Of a stretch of 64,000 bases of DNA, positions 1-13,750 are shown one piece after another (positions within the stretch are counted from its first letter, which is position 1; each line of letters begins with the position of its first letter). Origin of the DNA: Oikopleura dioica (Eukaryota > Animalia > Chordata); the NCBI GenBank assembly GCA_907165135.1, contig OU015569.1, forward strand, positions 5,456,001-5,520,000, given 5' to 3'. The position numbers and the translations under genes were made by a program. A model generated the notes under the pieces. That model ran no database searches. It worked only from the letters and a program-made list of their open reading frames with translations, and was not told the origin of the DNA.

Positions 1-1400
1 AGCGCATCACTGCCCTGTAATAAGAAACCACTGCCGAATATCAAATTTGACACCATTGATGAGCAAGGGGCGCTCGATGTATTTTTGCGCCACCCAGCGG
101 TTGTTGGCAATTACAGTCAAATCAGGCCCAAGAATATCCGTGATTTCCTTCAAGTTTTTGTAGACAGCGATTCCCCGACCTCGGCTCATTGCACCAGGCT
201 TGACGATCCATAGATTCTTCTCGCCTTCAATTTCGGCTTGTGGGTTTCGCATATAATACGAAGAAAGCGCATTCGAAATATCATCGGCCCTTTCTTTGGC
301 ACCTAAAAGCAATATTGAAATCATTGAAAGTGTGGAGAGTTAAAGGGAATTATTTGAGTTTTACCTGCGATGTGATATCCAGAATAAGCGACTTTATAAA
401 AGGCTTCTAAGAACTTATTCCACTGTTCCGTGCTTTCACCCTCCTCCATATTTATGGAAGTTTGCTTTGCAAGCGTGATGATTGACTCAGCAATGCTTCC
501 TTCTTCTTGGAACTCGAAGTGCTTTTGGAAGATTTCAAGGGCGAATTCTAAAAAGCACTCCTCGACAAAACCTTTTTAGACTGTCGAAAAGAGTCTTGCT
601 GGTTTGGAATGCCTAAAATTTCGACACTTTCCTGGAGGAGTGACTTCAATGTAATCATCTTGATGCACGGCTTTGTTCTGTCTCTCGGCACTCTTTAGGA
701 AGGCCGTCATCGCACAAGTTCGGAAGTCGTCTTGAAACGCAGCATTATCATCCTTGTCTCCGAGTATGTAGCATCTGCGAGAAGATAAATTCAATAATGA
801 AAGAATGAGACAGAGTTACCGTGGATAAAATTCGTCCGCATGGCGATCACTGAACCAGGCCATGTTCTTGAGAGCGAGAGTCAAGCCAGTTTTGGTGACG
901 AACTGTGCCTTTGGAAAGTGATTGAGCACAATTTCCTTGGGAATGTGATTGAAATCAATTCGATGTAAGGGCACGAATTGAAGGTGGGGCTCCACGTCGC
1001 GCAGCGCTCGCGAGATGAGGATCTCGCGCTCATCAAGATCGTCTTCATCGAGATCGTCATCTGATTTGTCAATGTCGTCGTCGTTGGCGTCTGATTTCGC
1101 GCCACAGTGAAAACGCTTCGTTTTCGGGGTTATCTTTTCGATCCAGCCCCGATCGCGCATCGCTTTTCGAATGTACCGATGCCCGCCATCCAAACGGAAA
1201 ACTTTCTTCTGCTGGATCGCCTTAATTATTCCTTACTGTACTATTCCCCGTACTATTCCCCGAGCGAATAAAATTTTGCTCCTATCGATAACCTTTTCGA
1301 ATGGCTTCTGTTCAGCAAATTTCAAGGACAAATCGATGATCTTGTCCCCCCAACTGGGACTGGGACGACCACTCTCCGACTCAGATGCCCGTTTCGGCAT
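1..1400 (-). CDS. TTLL3: Tubulin monoglycylase TTLL3/TTLL8-like, multi-exon, 3' part runs off the window start; 5' end uncertain (further exons may lie at ~1700-2183)
   Basis: Exons encode KNLWIVKPGAMSRGRGI and WVAQKYIERPLLINGVKFDIRQWFLIT (TTL ATP-grasp motifs of the glycylase subfamily), and KKVFRLDGGHRYIRKAMRDRGWIEK matches the TTLL3 N-terminal segment. An ATG at 1400 follows an AG acceptor. Confidence 0.8.
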
Positions 1401-2199
1401 TGCTAGATACGACTAGTATCAAAGCGGCTCTGAATAAGCCCTCCTTACTGCATGAGGCACACTTGCTAACTAAAGTCTCCCTCATCAATAAGCTTGCTTG
1501 TCACTTTTTCAATAACTAGCTCTAGAAAATCTGTTCTCGTTTTTCAAAAATAGCGCACGAGTATTGCCGATTCCTGCATCTGATGATATATTTCTTGAGA
1601 CTAATAGAGCCAACTTTATTTATATTTTCGACATGCATAACATAATTAAGATTTATAATAATTAATTATTATTGTGTGGTAGTTTAATAGTATACAGTAC
1701 CTGATCTGCAATCGCTCTGGCCTCGATGGATAGCGCATCCGGGACGTATTCCTTGACTTTGACCATCTCTGGTGCCGGTGTCTTCGTCGTCAGCGTTTTC
1801 TCATTATCAGTTGGGTTGATTTATGCCCGTCAAAAATAATTTCGATCCAAATACTTTCTCAACACGTCGGGTTGTTCTCTTTGTTCCGGCGCTACTGGAC
1901 AATGGATCGCGTTCTAGTTTCACGAAAAGCAATCACAGTACGCCCCGATCTACTCGCCGGCCTAGTTTTTCTTTTTTTCTGCGATTTCGTTTTTTTCTTT
2001 CGAAAGTTTCACTTGGGCACGAATACGCAGCAAAGGAAGTATCTTGAGCAAATGTGCCCAAAGCGATGGCAGGTTGTCACCAATACGGTTGGTGTTGATT
2101 TTCCAAAGTTCCAAATTTCCGCATCGTTGCCATGGGAGAAGAAAGCTTGTGTGTGCCCAAGGTAGAACTATCGCTCCAGTCATGGGCTGCAGAGTTTAC

Positions 2200-2535
2200 C
2201 ATGCACTCGCCTGAGGGCGTCAAAACGCTTCCCGCAAATTGTAAACATAGCCCGAGGCGCCAAGTTCAATTTTCTTTTTGTTGAAAATTTCTAGAGCGTT
2301 ACCGGCGCTCCGGAGTGTTTTGCGCGCGCCCGCAGCATCGAATCGCGAATTAGAGAAAGTTTGAATTTCTGGACAAACAATCCAAACCGCCCAAAATAAT
2401 ATTCCATTGTGCTCTTTATTACACGAGAAAATGGTGCCCTTGTTCGAAAGCCCTCGGGCACCCCTCTTACTCATCTTCGAGTTTTTTCTTTTCTGTTCAT
2501 TTTTGTTTTAGCCATTTCGAAGAGAAAATTTCAGA
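2200..2535. promoter_or_regulatory. Probable bidirectional promoter between the TTLL3-like gene (-) and centrin (+), ending in a trans-splice acceptor (tttcag) 1 nt before the centrin ATG
   Basis: Short region between divergent genes with GC-rich patches; tttcag|aATG at 2529-2538. Inferred from layout only. Confidence 0.4.
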
Positions 2536-3213
2536 ATGAGTGCTTACCGAAAACAGCCAGCAAAGAAGAAAACCACCAAGTTGGAGCTCAAGGACGAGCA
2601 AAAGGCTGAAATCAGAGAAGCGTTCGATTTGTTCGATACCGAAGGCACTGGAACCATCAACGTCAAGGAGATAAAGGTCGACTATTGTCTTCTTTCATCC
2701 ATCTGAGAATTGATTTTCAGGTAGCCATGAGAGCGCTGGGCTTCGAGCCGAAAAAGGAGGAGCTGAAACAGATGATCGCCGGAGTCGAGACCGACGGAAC
2801 GGGCGCCATCGACTTTAATGACTTCCTAAAAATCATGTCGCAGAAGATGTCTGAGCGAGATCCAAAGGTAACAGAAGCTCTATTCTTTGGACAATCGACT
2901 TACCAACTTTGCTTAGGAAGAAATCCAAAAGGCATTCAAATTATTCGACGACGACGAAACTGGAAAAATCTCCTTCAAGGTAATCTTCTTTGTCTTTTCT
3001 ATTCTGAGCAATTTGCTTTAGAATTTGAAACGAGTCTGTAAAGAGCTGAATGAGAATCTGACGGACGAAGAATTACAGGTGAGCGTCTAGAACCATTCAC
3101 ATCGACTGTAATCGAATGTGCAGGAAATGATCGACGAAGCGGACATGGACGGAGACGGAGAAGTGTCCGAAGCCGAGTTCTTACGAATAATGAAAAAGAC
3201 CGAGATGTTCTGA
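2536..3213 (+). CDS. CETN: Centrin (EF-hand protein), 5 exons
   Basis: Spliced product [61 protein letters not shown]...[60 protein letters not shown]; four GT-AG introns. Confidence 0.95.
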
Positions 3214-3315
3214 GCCTCCACTACCGTCAATCAGGATCATAATGTACCTGCCTCACTACTTCGTTTTTATTTTTCCACTTCAGAATCTATGAAATTTTGT
3301 ATAAAAACACGCTAA

Positions 3316-4072
3316 ATGGCCGCTTTCTGTTCAGAAGCTGACGAACTTGTTCTCTCGCTTCGGAGCTTGTTTGATGACTCACTGTTCGCAAGTGATTCAT
3401 TGCGAGTAGAAGTGTGAGGAATGGCAGTGAGTAGCGATAAGGTGCCTGTAAGCACAAGAGTCAGAGAAATCGCACACAAAGAACTTGAAAGACATGTCCA
3501 GGACCCGTTTAAAATTGACCTCGTCAAAAAACTCGTTCAGGTTGTCGAAGGTATGCGTGAATAACCGTCCGGGAACCGTTGTACATATCATTTTAGATGC
3601 GTTAAATGAAGATGATCTGTGGATAATTCAAGTTGTCAAGGAACTCGAAAAATGCCAAGTCTTGATACTGGATGGGCTCTATGGAGAGCGAACAGTTCGT
3701 AAGTACCGAATCCCCGTTTTCAACTTTTTCAAAATAAATCTAGTGATGAGAAAACAGCGAGAACGCATGTCTGCGCAAATGAAAAATCATCAACAAAGAG
3801 TGTTGGGAATGAAAGACGAGGTTGAGTTGAGACGCATTCGGCGGCAAATCAAGTCGGAGCACGAGCAGATGGTGGATGAGATGAAAGAGGAACGCCGCCA
3901 GTTTGACCTGAAATTGGTCAAGGATATGGAAGAAACTGTCAAACAGCAGCAGGAGACCTTGGTCGACAACGAAGTTCCCGGCTTCAAAATTTCAATGATG
4001 CCGACAGACATTAGCTTGCAAAAGGACATTCTTCGCTTTCTCCTCGCCATCCACGCCGAATTCTGCAAATGA
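3316..4072 (+). CDS. DGCR6/gonadal-family coiled-coil protein (probable)
   Basis: The C-terminus LVKDMEETVKQQQETLVDNEVPGFKISMMPTDISLQKDILRFL resembles the DGCR6 block ([41 protein letters not shown]); GT-AG introns. Start codon is tentative. Confidence 0.55.
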
Positions 4073-5426
4073 CAAGTTCCACTGCGAAGTTTATGTTCTT
4101 CCCTGATTTCTAGCTGTCACTACTGACTTACCACTGCCGCGAGTAAGCGATCAGACATATCGTTAGTTCAATTACATAGAAGAACTGAAAAAGTCCCGAG
4201 TTTCATTTAAGGAGAAGTGTTATCGTGTTGTTATGTTTTGGAAGTTTTGTCGGATTTGGAATTAGTGGATTTGTTCAGTGGAGAGACGTCTGGGAGGATG
4301 TTTTTGTGAACGTAAAAAGGAGCGGCGTTTGCTTTAGTTGGCCGATTTGAGAAAGAGAAAAGCGGGGCGCGCGGCGCTTCTCAGCCCGGGAAAAGGAGAA
4401 AAGGGGATGACGGTTGTAGAGAGTAGTGAATGAATGAATCAGTTGGATGGCTCGACGGCTCAATTGGTCAGGCTCCGAAAGGGCGGACGGGAAATGAGCC
4501 AATGGGCAGGTCTGTAACGGCGCCCCGGAGGCACAGTCCGCGCTCCTTAGCTTCTTTACCGATTTGTCAAATTGTCAAATTTGTAGTTCCTCCATCAACC
4601 CTTTTTCAAGGCCCTAACCTATCGTAGAGTCGAGTTAACGCAGTAGAGACGCGCTTGAGGGAAGCATGTAGCCCTACTCTGCCCACATCTCGCCCTAGAC
4701 CTTGTTAACAATTAGCTAACCTACTGTCTATTTAGATTTTTGTACAGCTTAGCGTAAATCAGGAAGATCGAATCGGGAAGGCGACCCTACATTTTTCGAC
4801 TAACGAAAACGCACAATTTTTCTACCAAATTAACGGTGGAAAAAAAAACGAACCAGGTACGGAAGGAACTGCTTCACCTGTTTCTTGGCCCATTCTGATT
4901 TCAGGGGACACTCATTTTGCTTATCAAATATGCTAGATGATATTTCATTTCGATCGATAGTAACTCTGAAACTCTAAAGTTTTCATTAATTATAAGCGTA
5001 AGTCTTCGAGTTGAATCTTAAAAAAAAAGATTTCTGGCACCGCGGGCGTTTTCGCCGCGCAGAGGACTTCGCGTCGGTGTGTGGGGATGAAACTCGCCAG
5101 AAGTGTGCGCAGCTGAGCGTGACAAAATTTCAATTTTGTACTCTCGATGGCACCTTTGATGCCCATTTTTTGTGCTCAAATTTAGGCAACTCCGCTCGCC
5201 ACACAGCCGTGAAAAGGCGAACAGCATTTTATTGATTTACAGCGATCCATTTATTGGACTTTTTCCAAAATAGAGAATATTGACCATTCTGTCGGTGCCG
5301 AGAGACAGGTTTTTCTCATTTTATTATCAAAGAAGCATTTTTTCGCCGTGAGAGAAAATAACTAAACTTTCTTAGTTGAAAGTCTTCGCGTGACTCTCCA
5401 AATGTATATTCCGGATCTGGTAAGAA

Positions 5427-8400
5427 ATGTCTGATCGATATGCTTCCCGGAACAAAGGCCAATATGGATACAGTGGATACAGTAATCGTTCGTACAAAGA
5501 CTCCTCTTCCCGCAGCGGCTATGGGCGTCCCAGCCCGTTAGGATCGTCACTATCAGCTCCACCAAGAAAGAAAGCCTCCGTTCGGCCCGCGCCTCTACCT
5601 TCTTTAAAATCTGAAAATGCAGACGCTGTCAATATTCTGTCCTCGTCAGGGTGGGGACAGAAGAAATCTGAAGACAAAGCAACTAAACGAGGTTCGTATT
5701 CATGTTTTCGTCGGCGTTTACCGTAAAATTTAGGCGATGATGCTCCGATCGACGGGCTTCTGCCGTGGACTCGGCGTCGCGGCGTTCCTGGTCTGAACCA
5801 GCCCGACAAGTCAGCGAAACAGGAGGACTCGAAGATCAAGAGACCATCTAACCCTGCACAAGCAGCAATGCTACCTTCTTACATGAAACCACCTCCAGGA
5901 GAAAGGGAGAGCAACCAGCCTGTTCAACAGCAAGATGAAGTTAAGGAGGAAGCTCAGCCCGATTCTAACGAGAGAAGGCCCTTCCGCCGGCGCAGTCCAG
6001 ATCAGCGAGAACGAATGAGTCCGTCAAAGAGGCGTCAAACGCGAGACAGGGACTCACCCCAATCTTCGGAGAAAGAGAATGTTGACTTCGAATCAGAAAT
6101 GAACAAGCCCGGAGAAAATCTTCAAGAAATCAACTGGGCAGAAGACGACAAACTCGACTCAACCGCGTCATGGGCTGACGATAGGCCGGTCAAGTGGGAT
6201 GAAAAGATCGACTTCTCAGATGAAGATCAAGACAAAAAGAAGACGGAAGTTGCGCCGGTTCCGTCTGCGGGACCGAGCAGAGCACCTCTCCAACCTGAAG
6301 CGGATTCGACTGATCGCTACGATATAAGGAACGAAGACGATAGGTATAACGCGCGTCACGATCGCGGCCACAATAACTATGAAAATGGAAGCAGAAGTAA
6401 CGCGTACAGACCTCGCTATGGGTCAGGCAGACCAATCCACAGGGGCTTCTATGATGATCATAAACGAGGCATTTACGAGTCTGAAATTGAAAATAGAAGG
6501 GATGAATCGAGACATGGGTCCAAACACTCATCAAGGCGAGACATATTTGAACGAGAAGAGCCGCCAAGACCGGCTCCAGTGAACCCACGTCGCAGTAGGA
6601 AAGGATCGGATAATGTCAATAATCGACGACAGACGTCGGAATCATCTGATCACAACATCGATATTGAAAACATCGAGCTCCAAGAGACAGAACCAGTTCA
6701 GGTGTCTAAAAAGCGCATCATCAAGGTGAAAAAGGAGGCAAAAATCCGTGATTTCACCAACGAAGAAAAAGGCGAAGACGACCAAAAGGACAAAGTTGAA
6801 GAAGAGTTTGAAAAAGAAGAGAAAAGTAAACAAATCCGTGGATGGAAAAAGGGCGATAACCCTGACGAAGAGAGCGCTCATTTTAAACCGCGAAGTGGGA
6901 ATTCCTCTCAAAAAGGTCAGCTACCGACAGCTGACGGAAGCAAGCATAGTCGCCTTGAAAAGAATAATGCCGAAAAAGAGCAAAAATCGAATGCTAACGT
7001 CTGGGAAAAGAGGCAAAAGGAGATCGCCAAGCGACTTGATAGCAAGCGTGATGACTCTCAAGATTCCAAGAATAAAGAAGTTTATATTCCATCGGAGAAT
7101 GATAGGAAGAAAACGCTCGGCGAGACTAATCCTAATGCCGATAGAAAGAAGGACGATCAACGGGGAAGCTCAAGGCGGGATGAACACGATAGACGCAGGG
7201 AGCGAGACGAGCGCGGCCCTAATCGTCGCGAGAAACGTGACAACCGTCGAGAACGAGAACCCCGCGAAGGAAAGGAAGGCAAGCATCCTCGAGAGCGGCC
7301 TGATAAAAACGATGGGCATCACTCACGTGGCGAACGCCCTGAAAAAGGCCAGAGACATCGGGAAGAAAAACCTGAATCTGGTCCAAGGGAAAAGTCCAAA
7401 CGCGGAGAAAACGCACGAAAATCGGAAAAGGCCTCGAGATCAGAATCTCTGAAGGATGGAAAAAGTGAACAGAAAATCGTTAAGATTGAGCCAGCTCCAG
7501 CTCCAACGGAGAATGTTTGGGCGAAGCGAATTGAAACCCGCCAACAAGCCCCGAAAGAAGATGTCCATAAGGAAGAGCCACATATCAAAGAACAAGGTTC
7601 TTTACAAGCTCCGAAAGGTATCAAAAATCGTGAAGAGCTTCGAGACCGTGACCGTGATTCCCGAGAAAATCGAGATGGTCGAGAGCATCGCGATCAGCGA
7701 GAGCCTAAAGATCGAAACGATCGTCATAAAGAACGAGGTGACCGAAGAGATCGTGACCGCTCTGATCGCGACCGCATTCCAAGTAAGGATCATCACGGTC
7801 GAAAGGGCCAAAAGATGTCCGAGGATAGTTCCAGCAGTCACAAACAACGCCTCCACAGCAACGAGAATCCGCTTCAGAATTTTAGAGAAAGAGGAAACCG
7901 AAAGAATGCCCACCAATCCAACGATAACGATCACAAACCGAGCAGAAGTGATAGACGTAATGAGCGTCGAGAAGAAGCTCGCAAAGCTAGACCCGAGAAA
8001 AAGTCTAAAAAGTTAGATAACTCTTCAAAAGACGGAGATGCATCCTCAGTTAATGAATCCGCGAAACATTCTGATAGATCCGTTCGGCTATACTCCCAAG
8101 ACGATGATAACGTATCACAAAGACCTAGAGAAAGAAAGGAGCCTAGAGATCGTCATGATCGTCCCGAGCGAGACGGACAAACAGCCGGACGCGCAAAACG
8201 CGGAGGAGCTACGAGAGCCACTGATAGGAAGAACACTCGCCGTGATAAGAAGCCTCGTGAGAGCAGCAAATACAAATCAGCCGATTTCAGAACGGCATAC
8301 GAGTTTCCCAAGCCAAGCAGCGACATCAAAGAAGTCGAGACGCAACATGTTGAGGCGATACGGGGAGGAATGTCTTTCAGGGGTCTCATGGCGAAGAAGC

Positions 8401-11006
8401 GAGCGGGTTCCACAGCAGCTATGCGTGGGTCCCGTCAATCGAAAAGTGAAGATTATAGCGAGGAGCCTGATGAGTCCGAGACTGTAGAGACTTCGAATGA
8501 GCAATCGATGCAAAACTCGTCGGAAGTGGAAGATGTTGAAGAGATTACAGAGAAAATAGAAAATCTTGAAGTTGAAAAAGTGGATGAAGAGATCTTCAAA
8601 GAGACGATTAATGATCGCAGGACCGAGGTCGAATTCCCTGACAAGGATCCAAACCTTGGCCAACAATCACTCAACTTCATCACCCCGGAAGAAGAAGAGA
8701 AGAATCCAGCGACGATCACGGTTGAAAGTCCAGCAGTACAAGCACCAGCTCAACCACAACCTCCACAGCAACCGATTCATCCTGGCCCCCGAGGTCTTCA
8801 GCCGCTTCAGCCCGCTGTGATCAATCGTCAGCACTTTCCACACGATCCACAGGAACTCATTTCTAATCCAAAGCAAGAGGTGTTAGTTGCAGGCCAACAT
8901 GAGAGCGCCAAATGGAAAACCGTCCACAATGCCTGGATTTCCGCTGAGCGAAACATCCCTGCCAACGTGATGCCTTCAGCAACGTGGCAGCCCTCAGCCC
9001 AGCAACCCATCTGGAACGGACCTGACTGGAGCCAAAATAGAGAGGGCGGCTCATGGAAATCGCCTACGAAGCAGGAGAATATTGGGACTGCCACCAGTCA
9101 GGTAACACTCGATCCTTACACTTTGAGTCTATTTTCAAATAAGCCTGAACAAGCGATCAATCAGCAGCAAGCAGTCCCACAGGTTATTCCTACCTCTTCG
9201 ATGGCACAGCCGATAGCGAGTATGCAGAACTCTCAGATGAACTTCCAGGCGAACATAACGAGACAACAAGCGAATCCGTATTCTCAGGGAATTGAGAATA
9301 ACCTCGGAAGGTGAGATTATTTAAATCATTAGAGAATAAGCGAAAATCATTTTAGTAACTTCAATGGTAACCTCATGGCGAACTCAACGAACACTCTAGC
9401 CGCGAATTACAATCAAGCGCTCATCAGTAATCCAAGCAACTTCACCAACTACCAGCAACCGATGTATCAGAACCAGCTCCAAATTGCCCAAGCATCTGCT
9501 CAAGCTCTACAGGCGACTGTAAGTTTTCGCTATTAAAATGAGATATTTATCTAAATTTAGTCTTTCTTTCCCCATGATACGAATGCTTTATACAATTCAC
9601 CATCGACATCAAGCTCATTTGACCTTTATCAAGGCACTGGCAGGAGCGAGGCCATGTTTCCAGATCCATCGTCTTCGCTTGGGAACCAAATTTTCAACCC
9701 CAATAACTTTCAAGACTACACGAACGTCATGGGCCTCCAACGACCGCCATCCAACACAACCATGCAGAATATATTCAGGTGAAATTATCATTATCTTCTC
9801 GCCATAATATTTATTGATAGTCAACCAATGGGGCCTACAGGATACCGAACATCTGGCTTTAGTGGTCTTATTAATCAGCAAGCAAGACAAAATGGGCTCC
9901 CATCGTTTCCGGTAAGATCATTTGAACAATTGCTCTATAAGTCGGTTATTTTTAGCAAATGCAAGGTTTCGGCAAGTCAACGTCTCCATCTCCTGGGTTA
10001 GCAAAGAACATCATCCCTCCAAACACGGGTGGATTCGAGCAAATGCATCCGAATGCTTTCGGCCAGCTTTCGCAAGTGCTTCAGTTCCGCGAGCGCAATC
10101 GCCCAACGAGTATAACTCCTCCTCACCACCAAAGTCGACATAAGACGAAGGACTTTAACGTAAGACAACAGTCGTGATGCATATTTTGACCTTACTATTT
10201 TAGTTTGCGAAGGGCGGCTATCCTAATCAAGGATTCGCGAACGGGTTCGAGCAAAAAGACTCTCTCAAGCATCCGCAGCAGCAACAGCAACCCCATCAGC
10301 AACAACAGTTTGCGGGCTTTGATGACAAAAATCAGCTCAACCAGCATTTTCTCCGACAAGGCATGGAAACTGGCTTCAAACAACCATCATTCCAAAATTT
10401 CAATGGCCAAGGATTTCACCAGCAGCACAGGTGATTTCAACTATCCTTGCACTTTTCACCTAATCACTCTTATTAGACCGCAAGGAAAAAGAATGATGCA
10501 GCAGCAACAGTTCGGAAATCCGTTCGAAAAGAAAGGAGTGATTGGCAACGAGATGCTCAAGCAGCCTATTCAGAAGGGCGTTGGCAACAGCCATCATCTC
10601 CAAGGCTCGAATGGGCAAGCTCGTGCTAGCGGCAAGCCCAGCGCCGCTCAAACCAATCCGTCTAAAATGGGCAACATGGATAACTACAAGCAAACGATGG
10701 CTGAAGAAAGACAGAAACTGCTCGCTCTGACCAAGAACTTCGGAGTCGACGAAACCGGTACTCGACAGAACGGCCACGAAGGAATGCAAGGCGCTCCCAA
10801 ACCAAACGATCAGGGCAGCAACGGCGTTCCGCCCGCCGAAAACGAACAGAACCCAGGTACGAAATCACGCAATACAACGTGGAGTAATTTATTCTTTAGA
10901 AACGATCGTTAACCTCACGTCAACTGATCGAAAACGGCTGACTCTCGCCGACACCGCACCGAAGCGTCCCGGAGAGGTCCGTCGAATCATCACCAACCCA
11001 TCATAA
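5427..11006 (+). CDS. PRRC2: PRRC2/BAT2-like large low-complexity RNA-associated protein, multi-exon with a 3.4 kb exon
   Basis: N-terminal RPAPLPSLKSEN...GW (BAT2_N motif), MLPSYM and WADD..KWDEKIDFSDED blocks, R/D/E-rich middle and Q/N-rich C-terminus; last exon ends ...RRIITNPS* at 11006. Confidence 0.75.
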
Positions 11007-12757
11007 CCAAGTTACATGATATATTATTATTATAGACTTTCAGAGTCTTGATTCAAATTCCTTATTTTCTATTAATCCCCTCTCCCCCCATTATACGTAT
11101 CTCTCCAATTTCAACTTCCTCTTCATACTATCATTTTATCATATAGCAGTTACAGTAATTCACCGTAACGAGTAGGCTTTCAAGCTTCACATATTCTACA
11201 GCGCAATTACGTCTATACGTTCTCACGCCGTAATTGTTCTTCATCTTAATATTGTATCCCTAAATGTCGATTCATATTTAATAATGATTGGCCATTTCAG
11301 ACCATTTCAGTTATCATTCGAAGGTCTCCTTCCAGCTAATTATGTGTTCTATTTTTTGAAAACAGTTACAGTGTTTGTACCATTGAACTGCAATTCAAAT
11401 CCAAATTCTATTATCTACATAATCTCTTAACTCATTTTTGAGAACTACAAAAACCAACCCGACCTAAATCCTTATAAATATTCGCCCTCTAGGGTATTAA
11501 GTCACTATTCGAAAAACATATTCTTCAATTTGGATCCATACTAAATCTGATCCATTTTTGAAAAGGACTGCTGCACCACCTGGGAATTGCTCCAGATGAA
11601 CCATACGCGGACTAAACAACCGGTATACGCTAAAATACATTATCTATTTAATAGTCGATCACATGAAACCACTAGAGTATTCAAAAATAATAACGCCTTA
11701 CCTTGTAGAATTTTCAATAAGTCAGTGAACTTACAAAAATAAACAATAACGGAAACCATCAAAGTCGTCAGTACTGCGTGCCTAGCTGGGGACGTGTGAT
11801 GCGCCGCACTTTTTTCGGGCAGACTCTTTTCCAGCTTAGCACGGCGCCCTTAACTTTTGCAATAGAAAAACAACTACCGGCAACGTAGACTTCTTTTGTT
11901 TACCGTTTACAAAAAGGACATCAGTGCCAGTAGTCTAAAAGCCTTCACATCGCGATTTAGCCTTTTCAAATACCATTTACCTGCAATATTTCCGGCCCGG
12001 AACAATCTTTCATTATCAACTGGTGTCTACAAGAACATCGGCGAGATAAAGGCAGCCACCCCTACTCTCGCCTTTGTTAGTGTTCTTACTGACCTCGAAT
12101 CTTTCGGACCTCAAAACTCACGCGTATTTCATTTATCCCATTTATCACGATTGAACTCCAAATTTACACACTCGAAATTCATTTCAATATTTCTATCACT
12201 CTATCAATTATACAGTATATACCGAACGTGCGAACGAGATCTAGCGTGATAACCGACTTAGTATCGCGCTTTGATCATGCCGCTGTCTGAAGCTGCCCTG
12301 TCTTTCTGCCCCTGTCCAACATTCTAAAAACTAAAAAAAATCATGCCCGGTCAAATAAAAACCAAATTCAATTTGCTATAAACCGGCTATTACCTTGTCC
12401 TCGTGTGAGATTCAACTGTTACTTTTCTATTCCGCATGGATCCCATTCGAGACTTGGTTAGAGCTACAATTCTCAAACCTATTTCGATCTACTTTTACTG
12501 AATTACATTTATTATTATTCAATTGTTCAGTTTACAAACAAGAATCATCTATGAATTGCGATGATAATGTCATTAGCACTGGAATACAAAACTTGCTTTA
12601 AAAAACTCTTTTAAAAAGACTTGCTCTCCTGTGATCGGGTGAACAAGGCTCTGTTTTTTGTGTTGACTTTTTTGTGTACTCGCACTACTTGAAAAAGAAA
12701 AGACAAGTGATGGTACAATCTCTAGATTGCTGACTCGTACATCAGGGAATATTATTA

Positions 12758-13638
12758 ATGAACACAGGCATTGTCAGAGCGTGTAGAAGTATGTCGCAGA
12801 AGGTTCTGTTCAGGCAGCTTTTCGAGAAAGAGTCGTCCACCTATACTTATATTTTGGGATGCAAGAGAACTAAGAAAGCTATCATTATTGGTAAGTTACG
12901 CAGCCCTCAGGAGTCGGATATTTCTAACGATAAGACACGTCTAGATCCTGTCGATCTTACGGTGGAGAGGGACGCGAAATTGTTGAAAGAGCTTGGACTG
13001 ACGCTAGTGAAAGCCTTGAACACGCATGTTCACGCAGATCATATAACTGGCACTCATCTTCTTCGGGCCCACTTTGAAGGGCTTCAGACAGGACTCGGAT
13101 CGGCGAACACGGCCAAGTCGGACGAGAAGTTTGATGATAATTTTAAAATTGAAGTTGGGGACATCAATTTGGAAGTTCGACACACACCAGGTGTGCCTCC
13201 TGCATCATTTTGTTTTGAAATTGTTTAATCAGGGCATACAAACGGGTGCGTAACTTATGTGGATCACGATGGCGGTGCCGCATTCACAGGAGACGCTTTA
13301 CTTATTCGAGGATGCGGAAGAACTGATTTTCAAGAAGGTAAAATAGCTCTTCTAAAAGTAACTTTTCTTATTGGGCAATTTAAGGCTGCTCGAAAACCCT
13401 TTTCAAATCAGTTCACGATCGCATTTTCTCGCTGCCGGAGGACTTCAAGATCTACCCAGCTCATGATTACAAGGGACAGACCTCGAGCTCTGTCCATGAA
13501 GAGAAGCAATTCAACCCAAGATTGACCAAGTCCGAAACGGAATTCGTCGACATTATGGAAAACCTCGGTCTTGCTTATCCGAAGATGATCGACAAAGCTC
13601 TCCCCTGGAATTTGAATTGTGGCGTTGAGCCCGAATGA
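12758..13638 (+). CDS. ETHE1: Persulfide dioxygenase ETHE1 (metallo-beta-lactamase fold)
   Basis: [38 protein letters not shown] and [19 protein letters not shown] motifs; three GT-AG introns. Confidence 0.95.
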
Positions 13639-13750
13639 ATTACCTAATCTGAAAGACACATTACTAGCAGTATTTATCATCATTCTTCTTTATAATTACC
13701 GATTCAACATTTCTTCGATATGAAAAGTGAAGTTCTGAATTTTAAGAAAC

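Noticed and set aside
1-20. Possible GG donor after WFLIT in TTLL3 (ACAG|GGCAGT)
   Set aside because: The acceptor lies outside the window, so the phase cannot be tested.
1238-1261. 12-bp tandem duplication GTACTATTCCCC x2
   Set aside because: Only two units in an intron; ordinary slippage and not an array.
2126-2139. X-box-like GTTGCCATGGGAGA near TTLL3/centrin
   Set aside because: The right half-site departs from the RFX consensus, and it may lie in coding sequence.
6190-9094. Many overlapping ORFs on both strands within the PRRC2-like exon
   Set aside because: These are shadow frames of a repetitive, low-complexity coding exon with no independent motifs.
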